From: Octopus sinensis
Lineage: Eukaryota
Length of the DNA stretch: 64,000 nucleotides
Reading direction: 5' to 3'
NCBI RefSeq assembly: GCF_006345805.1
Contig: NC_043010.1
Span: 30,256,001-30,320,000, forward strand
The notes below the pieces were generated by a model, which saw nothing but the letters and a program-made list of their open reading frames with translations, did not search any database and was not told the origin of the DNA. A program made the translations under genes and the position numbers. Below are positions 54,069 to 64,000 of this stretch, in pieces. Position 1 is the stretch's first letter; each line of letters starts with the position of its first letter.

Positions 54069-54206
54069 ATAGGACAAGGAAAGATCCAGAGAAGGGAAGA
54101 CAGAGGGAAAAATCGCCAACGGTACACACGAGGTCACACACACACACACACACATATATATGTATATATATATATATGTATATATATATATGTGTGTGTG
54201 TATATA

Positions 54207-54242
<36 letters not shown>

Positions 54243-54282
54243 TGTATGTATGTATGTATGTATGTATGTATGTATGTATGTA

Positions 54283-55480
54283 TAAGCAAACACACCCGTC
54301 CTTTAGACGGTTTAAGTTGCTTTGGTGGTATTTTTTCACCAAATAATTGAACCATAGAGAAAGTTTATGAGTAGCACGGCAATCTATGTTTCCGATTAAC
54401 CTAGGAACGGAAAACCAAATTGAACGCTGGTTATTGAGGAGGTCGTTGCACTTTAACGATCATAGAGCATATAAGTTTGCAAGCGATGCAAAGTAGTGTT
54501 TTGGGAGTAGATCATGGATAATGATAACAAAATATAGTTGTTTTACATGAAAGCGAAATTTCTTGTGATTGTTTAAAAAAGACAAGGACAACACTGCATA
54601 AACGTATTTGAAACAATGGACAACAGTCGAAATATCATAATGGATAGGTAAATAAGCATCCTGAAAGTGAAACAACGCATTGGTAGGTAAAAAGGTATCA
54701 ACAAATAGAAGAGCGGGGAGGGAATATCACCTTTCAAGTAACTCTGAATAGGTAAAGGTAAGCTTGCCGAAGTTTGTTTGGTATTGGATATTTATCTCGT
54801 ACAGTGATCCCAATCAATTTAATCGCCGTCGCAGGTGGATAGTCGAAATAAATGAATAGTGAAAATCCTTTCACGAAAACACTCGAATAATATACACCAA
54901 TACACATATAAAAAAACATATAGAAAGTAATAATACACGGTTACTACATATAAATAAATGATAAATCAAAAAAATATGAAAACAACTTGAAATATTCTGT
55001 AATGCAAATATACGACCATATACATTAAAAAAAGTATGGAAAACAGTCGGAATAAATAAATAGACAAAATCCTTTCACTTTTATAATATTCACTAACGAA
55101 AACACTCAATACACACCAATACACATATTAAAAAAATAGAGAAGTGATAATACACAGTTACAAGATATAAATAAACAATACATAAAAAAATGTGAAAACC
55201 ACAAAAAATATTCTCTAATATGCGACGATATAGATTTAAAAAGTGTCGAAGACGTTACATACAAAAAAACTGTACATACAACGAATTAAAGAAAAACCTG
55301 TGTAAACCACCGCTTTCCCGGTTCGTCCATTTGCGCGAGAGCTCTGGGCAAAATGTTATAGTGCATGACCATCCTAGGGACATAAGTAATGTGTGTGTAA
55401 AGTTTGGTGAATATCGGTTGAGAATTGTGGAAATGTATGCGTTAGTCAATACACACATACTGTGATTTATATATACTAGA
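54283..55480 (-). mobile_element. Non-autonomous Helitron with a ~200-bp internal tandem duplication
   Basis: Hairpin CCGTC..GACGG 54296-54310 with degenerate CTAG; 5' end TCTAGTATATATAAA; AAAGTTTGGTGAATATCGG motif. Confidence 0.6.
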
Positions 55481-56172
55481 TAAATTTTATTTGTATAGAT
55501 CTCTAATTTTTTTCAATTATATATGTGTGTGTGTGTGTGTGTGTTTGTCCTCTAGCCATCGCTTGGCAACCGATGCTGGTGTGTTTAGGTCCCCGTAAGG
55601 TAGCGGTTCGGCAAACGGCACCTATAGAATAAGTACTAGGCTTACAAAGAATAAGTCCAGGCGTCGGTTTCTTCGACTAAAGTCAAATGACTGAAACAAG
55701 TAAAAGAAATAAAAGATACATACAGAACATACATTTATACGTATACACAACATATATTTACAAGCACAAACACACACACATACACGCACATATGCATAAG
55801 CACATATATACAAGAGCACAAGCATATATCCTTTCACATGCGCTAACACTGACGAACACACACATTACATTCTTTCTGATCATTTGTGGTGCCCCAGCAT
55901 GGCCGCGGCCTTCGGGCTAAAACATTTTTAAGGATTTAAGGATAGACACTTGACGTAGCCTCTTCCAGTTTGTAATTCGTCAGAGAGCACTCCTCACTGA
56001 ATGTATACCCCGATTAAAATGTAGCCTGTGTAGTGTCGTGCGTATCAAGTAAACGCATTCACACGCACGCATGCACACACGTACATTTACACATATATAA
56101 TATGTATATGAATGTATACGTGTGCGCTCGTGCACAAATGTATGTTTGTTTTTTATTCTATATTTTGAAACC

Positions 56173-58029
56173 AGGGATTGCTGCAACTTTGCTATCTGGC
56201 GGCAGAACTGCACACTCCACCTTTAAGTTGCCCCTCAATTTAAATAAATCAGAAACACCTACCTGTAATTTAAGCAAGAACTCTGACCAGGGCCAGGTGC
56301 TGAAACACTGTCAGCTTATTGTGTGGGACGAGTGTACTATGGCCCACAAGGGAGCCTTCGACGCATTATACAGAACCCTTCAGGATATCAGGGGTTGCGA
56401 AGCCCCCATGGGAGGTGTTATGCTTTTGCTTTCAGGTGACTTTTGGCAAACTCTTCCTGTTATCCCCAATGGCACGCGGGCAGATGAGGTTCAAGCATGC
56501 CTTAAGTCGTCTCCGCTCTGGCGTCATGTCAGGTCACTGACCCTGACAATCAACATGAGGGCTCGATTGCTCGGCGACCAAACGTCGGCTAACTTCGCAA
56601 GTGACATTCTGAAACTTGGCGACGGTAAAGTGCCTCTTGACGCTGATGGGGAACTGGACGTCCACCCGTTCGCAACTTCCGTTTCATCTTTGACCGAACT
56701 CGCTGATAAAGTGTTTCCCCATTTAAAAGATAATTATCATGAATGGCTGTCTGAAGGCGCAGTGCTGGCTCCGAAAAACGTGACCGTTACAAAATTCAAC
56801 GATCACTTCCCGGTGCTCCTTTGCATAGAAATCAGTAGATACGATGTTAGATGCGAATGAATCGGTGAATTTCCCAACGGAGTTCCTCAACACTTTTGCC
56901 TCTTCAAGCCTATCGCCACATCTGCTCCGCCTTAAAGTTAGAACTCCGGTTATGCTCCTGCGCAATTTGGAGCCCCCCATACTGTGCAGCGGAACACGTC
57001 TGATTGTAAAAAAATTGATGAAGCATGTTGTCGAGTCAACTATCCTATCCGGATGCAGAAAAGGTGAGGATGTATTCATTCCCATGATTCCCCTTACTCT
57101 CTCGGGAACAGACATACCTTTCAACTTCAGAAGACTGCAATTCCCGCTCCGGCCCAGCTTCGCCATGTCTGTCAACAAGTCCCAGGGCCAGACTCTTTCT
57201 GTGGCTGGACTTCTCTTGGAAGAGCCTTGCTTTTCCCACGGCCAGCTCTACGTTGCATGCTCCAGAGTCGGCAGCAGAGACAGACTGTTTGCATTAACAC
57301 GTTGGGGGAAGACAGGAAACATTTTCTACAACGAAGTGCTACGTATTTGCCAAGGCTGAAGTGGGTACGTTATTGCCATTCATGCATTTAACGAGGTACG
57401 CTCAAATACTTTTATTATTTTTTCCCATATCAGACAGAAGCATCAGAAAAGGTCGCCTGTCTCTTGACATTCTGTGGGTTTATGGAAGGCGTTCGCGTAG
57501 TGATAATACGATAGCAAAGAGGTGGCGATTCGTTGCACTTGCACGATAATAATGTTGTCAGACAGCTGCTACAAACGGACCAGCGGAAAGGCAGGTTAGG
57601 TATCGCATATTTGAGGACATATTTGCTGCCTTCGATTACCTCAAGTATGTTTATTCATAACATTAAAGTGACCAATTCAACGGAAAGGATACTAATTTAC
57701 GAAACGCATGGTGGCTACGTGTTGCGACATTCCAACTGTTGACCATTAACCTCCTGCAACTGGGAGCAATCTGTTGCTCAAACGGTTCCCTCTTAGGAAA
57801 TGCTGAAATTGTTCAACTCGTTCTCTTCCTATACGTTTATATGTGCTTTATTCGCGAGTGTATGGTTCTAATCGGCACTGGGCTGAAGAGTAAGGTGTTG
57901 AAATGAGAAGAGCATTGCACGAGCGCGGTAGCTGCGGTAGGACTCTAAAAATTTTCTCAAGTGTAAGGCCTCATCTTTCAGCAGTTGAATGGTAATTTAT
58001 TAAGACCCGTGCAACGGTACTACTGCTAG
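56173..58029 (+). mobile_element. Autonomous-type Helitron 3' part: Pif1-family helicase pseudogene (56173-57359) and 3' terminus
   Basis: GIAATLL.GGRTAHS.FK, IVWDECTM, SGDFWQTLPV, MLLRNL, RLQFP..FAMSVNKSQGQTL, HGQLYVACSRV; frameshift ~56840; CCGTGCAACGG hairpin then CTAG|T at 58029. Confidence 0.93.
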
Positions 58030-58229
58030 TACTGTAACAATATTAAGTTAGAAGTATTTAATTATGTTATACATTTCGTCAAGACAAAGATCCCATTTAT
58101 AATTCCCAATATTGTACGATGGTGAGTAATTAATAATGGACCGTTTTAAATTATGCTTAATGTTCCTATGTATGTATATGAATGTGCAAGTGCGTGTGTG
58201 TTTTTGTGTGAGTGTGTGTGTGTGTGTGT

Positions 58230-58267
<38 letters not shown>

Positions 58268-58364
58268 GTCTTATTTACTTGTTTCAGTCAATAGACCGTG
58301 GCCATGCTGGGGCACAGTCTTGATGCATATTTATCTAATAAAAAAAAACTTAATTTCTTTCTAG

Positions 58365-58455
58365 ATGAATATTACCAGCTCAGAATGCCATCACAGCTAT
58401 CAAATGGTACACGGAGAAGTCTTGACCAAACAAAAGTATTGGATAAACTCTTACA
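58365..58455 (+). CDS. Host gene exon H (phase 0-1): MNITSSECHHSYQMVHGEVLTKQKYWINSY
   Basis: tttctttctAG acceptor, A|GTAAGG donor; 91 bp like exons E and J. Confidence 0.65.
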
Positions 58456-59189
58456 GTAAGGAATTTATATATATATTCTTGACTTGCTTTCGGGTTTGAG
58501 ACATTGGACGGCACCTTCTCGGGGTCCCAAAAGTAATACTACCTTCAAGAGGTTTCCACAAATAATATTCACTCTACTAATTATTTCAGTTTGTTGCTTA
58601 TTTTCATCTTTTGTTTGTTTCAATCATTGCAGTGCAGCCATGCTGGAGCATTACCTTGAAAGGTTTCAGTTGATCAAATCGATCCCAGTACCTTTGTTGT
58701 TTTTAAGACTGGTAGTTTTGCCGAACTGCAAAGTTACAGAAATGTAAACAAACTAACCCCACTTGTCAGGCAGCAGGAGGTTACACAAAGACATACGTAC
58801 ATGCGTACATACATACATACATACATACATACATACATGCTTTCATACATACATACATACATACATACACATACATACATACATACATACATACATACAT
58901 ACATACATACATACACACACACATATACGCATGCATGCATACCTACATTCATACATACATACACTCATGCATGCATGCATGCATACATACATACATACAT
59001 ACATACATGCAAAAATACCCTGTCGTTGATGCTGAAATTCCAATGAAGGAGTCCTGGATTAGGTTAGAAACCGGCTCTTTCTCTATTGGCAAGAAATCTT
59101 GAAATAAAACTGAATAATGACATACATACATACATACATACAATCATATATGTATACATGCATGAATGTATGCATATATACATACGTAC

Positions 59190-59240
<51 letters not shown>

Positions 59241-59724
59241 ACACGTGCGTGTATGTATAAGTAATGCCGCTCGAAGCTGCGTTGAATAAGGTAAACTTGG
59301 GTAGTCATATTTAACATGGCATACATAAAAGAATGTATGCAGTATGCATGTAGAAATATACGTATTGCACTTTGGGTGGATCATTTTACTTAGAAAAATG
59401 CATGCATCCGTTGAATTTCATCTCTTTTTATCGTTGTCATTCTGTCAATAAGCTAATTAATTAACGAAATAATCAGATGTTTATTCAATCAATAATCTAG
59501 TTCGTCCGAGTTATCTCTCTGCCGAAACGACCCATCATTCTTTTCGTTATGGTGAAAACAAAAAGCGTTTGTATAAAACGTGTACGTGTCAAGAGCATAG
59601 GAACGTCACAAATGTTTCCCCCACGTATTTTATATCAATAAACTGAATGCCTTTATTTATTCAAATATCTTATGTGCTTTCCCTGTTTCTTTTCTTTGAG
59701 TGTCTTTTTATTTTTCTTTTGTAG

Positions 59725-59957
59725 ATCAGAGAGACATAAATGTTACGGCAATGACTGGTGACATTGGAACTGATGATGGTATCAACATATTACTGTATTA
59801 TGTTGATTACAAATATCACTATACTTTAGACACCGAAAATGATGACTTCGAAAACAACATGTTAGATGTGTTCAGTTTAAAATCTGCTTCATTGTATTTA
59901 CTCAAATGCATCGAAGTGGAAAGTGTAACTCCTACAACACAGTGGATAATGGAGAGT
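59725..59957 (+). CDS. Host gene exon I (phase 1-0), PLAT/LH2 domain
   Basis: VTAMTGDIGTDDGINILL..LDTENDDFENNMLDVF..IEV..WIMES; strong acceptor and GTAAGC donor. Confidence 0.85.
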
Positions 59958-60112
59958 GTAAGCAAATTTCGATATTTACTTTTCAAATGTCTGGTATTAA
60001 TTTTATGCTAGAAATTACTTTTAATTATGCCATGTGTGGTTTGTTGGAAAGTAATAGAGTATTTGTAGTTGGATGAATGGTTTGGGGATAGAAAGAATGC
60101 TGTATGACAGAG

Positions 60113-60123
60113 TGGTAGTAGTA

Positions 60124-60170
<47 letters not shown>

Positions 60171-60263
60171 TGTAGTTGTAGTAGCAGCAGCAGCAGCAGC
60201 AGTATTAGTAGGAGTAGTAATAGTAACAGCAGCAATAGCAGCAGCAGTAGTTGTAGTAGTAGC

Positions 60264-60298
<35 letters not shown>

Positions 60299-60308
60299 AA
60301 GCAGCAGC

Positions 60309-60340
<32 letters not shown>
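60113..60340. repeat. (GTA)n/(GCA)n intronic trinucleotide repeat
   Basis: Direct reading. Confidence 0.95.
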
Positions 60341-60685
60341 AGGCAGGCAGGCGGAACTGCATCTTTGAGTTAATACTTGTAGTATGTTGCTTAGTAAATC
60401 TTTCGTTTACCCATAACCAAATTCAAACTCTCAGCCGCAAACTATAAAAGTACATTGTTACTAAAGAACTGACATATAGCAATGACCACAGAAATAGCAC
60501 CGGTAGGACACGAAGTGCCGACTAATTTGTATGCTGTTTAATAACGTTTCTGTAACTTTCTGAGCCCCAACTAAACAACAGTAAACAAACTGCTCCTTTG
60601 TACCCACAGCGCTTTTAACTGATTTTATTGTTTTCTCTATGGATTAAGCAAACTAAGTTTCTTTTGACTGCATTTTTTCCAATAG

Positions 60686-60782
60686 ATCAGCGTTAACGAT
60701 GAAGACCAAGAACTGATAAGCTATACACATAATGCGACTCTAAACGAAAGTGTTCTGTACTGCAAGGATCAAGCGAGCGGAG
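60686..60782 (+). CDS. Host gene exon J (phase 0-1): ISVNDEDQELISYTHNATLNESVLYCKDQASG
   Basis: ttttttccaatAG acceptor, GAG|GTAAAA donor; completes the PLAT domain. Confidence 0.8.
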
Positions 60783-61306
60783 GTAAAACTTCATACTATT
60801 CCTGTTTCAAATTATCAACGTTTCTTGTCTTGAATTATTTGAATTTTGACTGGGTGGAGATTTGCCATTGTTTATATATTATCAACCATTTTGTTAGTGA
60901 AATAACTGCAAGTACATTTAGAGGGGCCAATTATTTTTTACCCCTTGTTTTTGCTTGAGAATAGTTTTCTTCTGAGTTTTTTAATGAGGGACAAGACGGC
61001 TCCCATTGGGATAACAAGTGACAAGATGTAGAAAGCACGAGCAACATCACAATAACAACCACCGTCACCACCACCACCACCACCACCACCACCACAACAC
61101 CCCACCACCACCACCACCACAACCCACCACCACCACAACACCACCCCACCACCACCACAACATCCCCCCACCACAACACCCCCCACCACCACACCCAACC
61201 ACCAGTGAAAAAGATTAAACTCGAATATAGTCCGAGCTTAAAACGTCCGTGTGTATATGTGTACATACAGAAAATGCTAACAAGTAATTTATTTATTTAT
61301 TTGCAG

Positions 61307-61536
61307 ATGTCATGTGGACAGTGATTGTTTATGATGAGGGGGAACCCAGTGTTAATGCTACGTCAATAAAACTTATTGGCTCAAACAAGAGTGAGCAATT
61401 CTATTTTTTAAGTTATAAGGAATATCAGGAAAATAACTCTTCTGGGTTGGAAGAAACATTTAACATCTCCATTTCTGATGTCGGAAGACTTGTTGCTGTA
61501 CAACTTTGGAAATATCATCACTTTCGGAATATTCAT
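61307..61536 (+). CDS. Host gene exon K (phase 1-0), PLAT-like module 3
   Basis: WTVIVY..SIKLIGS..GLEETFNISISDVGRLVAVQL; ttatttgcAG acceptor, CAT|GTAAGT donor. Confidence 0.85.
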
Positions 61537-61899
61537 GTAAGTTATCGTCTGCTAATATATTCACAGTTGTTATTATTTTTGTTTAGCTCCATGTCAACCC
61601 TTTTGTGATCCGATACGTGAACAAATCAAAAGATGTCTAATCATGGTCATCATGCCCTTTACTAAACTATTGTTTTCTTAGACATGCCCTATTCTTTTAC
61701 TTTAATTGGATGCAATTTCGCTGTTATATATAGCAATACGAGCTTCCGTGTAGATACCCCTGAAAACTTCATCTCTTCACAGTTTATTCAACGACCTATA
61801 CACTCATCTGCAATGTCTTTTTCCAATTTCCACATCATTTTCACATTTTCTAGCTGAAGAGCGAATACAATTAGCAAACTGCTAGTATTGTGAGTGTGC

Positions 61900-61965
<66 letters not shown>

Positions 61966-63020
61966 GGTGAAGTTGTAGTGGATGAGAGGCCGGCCAATCA
62001 ATATAATGTAGAAAACCCTGAAATAAGAGAGGATATGACTGAGGAACAGAGGGAAAAAAAAGAAAAGACTCGAGGATATAAGAATTACAAGAACAGAGAT
62101 CAAGCCGGTGAATCTAAGAAGCTTCAAACGTAACAATTTGAAACGCTCGACCCCCAAAATTGTTGGGATTCTGAAACATATTCTGACAAAAGATCTAACA
62201 GAAACAAGGGATTTGATCAGATCCACTTCAATTTTAGTAGGTGAACTAGTTAGAAAGAAAGAGAGGCAAGTAGACGGACAGAAGGAGGCATGGTGGAAGC
62301 GGAGAATTGAAGACGATATTCTAACTTTTCGTAAAGATCTGACTCGCAGAGAAGAGTGGTCCAAAGGACAATGGAAAAATGGAAAAGAAAGTGCAAGCTT
62401 ATATCTTGACGCGAACTACCAAATAGAAAAGAAAGGATTCAAAACTGTCACCAACAACCTAAAACAACGTGTGCGGGCTAAAACATTAAAGATGCAGCGC
62501 AACACTGATCGCATATTGCAGTTCCAGCAAAGCCGGTTATTCTCAAATAACCAGAGGCAGTTTTGTAAGGGCTTAGGAATAAATATACAGTGTTGGGTGA
62601 ATTCATTCCGTGTTATCCGAACTTCATCAGCCGGAGGCTCCACTACAGGACCATGTGCGCATAAGAACGGAAGATGTCACTGCACAGATATCAAAACTGC
62701 CAAACTGAAAAGCGGCAGGACCAGACGGAATTCAAGGCTACTGGCTCAAGTGGTTTAGGTCAATACACATGAGAATTGCGTTACAATTAGACAATTGCCT
62801 ACAGAGCGGTACAGTTACAGAGTTGATGGTAGAGGGATGAACAACATTGTTAATGAAAGATCGATCAAAGGGCAATGAGGTTGGCAATTACCCACTCATT
62901 GCTTGTCTTAACCGCCTATGGAAAGTATTAACAGGTACCCTCGCAGGAAAATTAGAACAAAAGGGATACCGAAAAGGATCCAAGGACTCCAAGGACCACC
63001 TTGCGATAGACGATACGGCG
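61966..63020 (+). mobile_element. R4/Dong LINE fragment directly after an (AAT)n tract
   Basis: AWWKRRIE, LKQRVRAK, FSNNQRQF, NWKAAGPDG, NYPLIACLN.LWK.LT. Confidence 0.85.
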
Positions 63021-63569
63021 GAATTTGAACACAAAACGTGAAGACGGAGCAAATGACAGTAATTCTGAAGGATAGGGCAGGTCGCTTACATCAACTTCAG
63101 TATTTGGATGATAATTTATTATATCTACATAACCGTCTAACAACTTAAAATAAACCAAACGGCTAGCTTAACGAAAACTCTATTTCTTCGATAACTTGTG
63201 ATTTGTCAAATTCCTTTCCTAATTGCCCACAAACGTTAATGAACGATATATTTTAGGTCTTTCCAAAACAAAAAAAAAACACTGTTGCTTGATCCAGACC
63301 GATTAAAAGAGGCTTAAATCTCGTAGTCGTTCAGAATAGGGAGTAGCGAATACGTCTCTATAATCCTGGTCTCGCTAATGGCTACGCATCCAGACGTAGT
63401 GACCTGAGATCGTTAAGCACCTGTCTCTGCTTTCATGCTAAGTCAAGGCACCGTACTTTATGTATACTGCCTATTCTCAGTATTGCCATTCCAAGAGAAA
63501 GTGAAGAGACTAAAGTAAAAATGGAATTGATCACTTACGCTATTTTCATGTTAATCTTTATTCGGGACA

Positions 63570-64000
63570 GACATCAACTTTGCCTTTCATCCAAGCGGGA
63601 TCGATAAAATTAAATACAAGTTTGGTACTAGGGTCGATGTTATCGACTAACCCTCAGCCCCTCAAAACGCCTGGTCTTGTTCCTAAATCAGAAACTATTA
63701 TTAAGGCGGTCAGCTGGAAGAGTCACTAGAGCGTGAGAAAAACGCCTTGTGGTATTTATGTTCTGAGGTGAGCTGGCAGAAAAGGCGGCGAGCTGGCAGA
63801 AACGTTAGCACGCCGGGCGAAATGCTTAGCGGTATTTCGTCTGCGTTACGTTGTGAGTTCAAATTCCGCCGAGGTCGACTTTGCCTTTCATCCTTTCGGG
63901 GTCGATAAATTAAGTACCAGTTACGCACTGGGGGCGATGTAATCGACTTAATACCTATGTCTGTCCTTGTTTGTCCCCTCTGTGTTTAGCCCCTTGTGGG
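63570..64000 (+). mobile_element. SINE cluster; young copy from 63783 runs off the window
   Basis: AAGGCGGCGAGCTGGCAGAAACGTTAGCACGCCGGGCG...GAGTTCAAATTCC. Confidence 0.9.

Noticed and set aside
50830-59090. Further HHR-like remnants (50830 and 59040; also 2520, 6925 and 21345)
   Set aside because: Only GAAA plus a palindrome survive; core or stems are missing

Overview
AT-rich, microsatellite-dense animal genomic DNA. The SINE families point to an octopus (inference). Most of the window is decayed transposon: tRNA-derived SINEs, R4/Dong, CR1, Tx1/L1 and RTE LINEs, Penelope-like elements (PLEs), Tc1/mariner and Helitrons. Host content read from the sequence is (i) the terminal exon (5083-5441) of a single-pass membrane protein, (ii) a U6 snRNA pseudogene, and (iii) a + strand gene of at least 11 phase-compatible exons (30549-61536, about 580 aa, both ends not found) for a glycosylated extracellular protein with discoidin-like and tandem PLAT-like modules. 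The most striking signal is more than a dozen minimal type I hammerhead ribozyme (HHR) motifs at PLE ends. They include fold-back pairs whose core 3-8 pair is swapped (G3-C8 and U3-A8), and one intact sense-strand HHR inside an intron of the PLAT gene. All calls were made by eye, and transposon boundaries are approximate.
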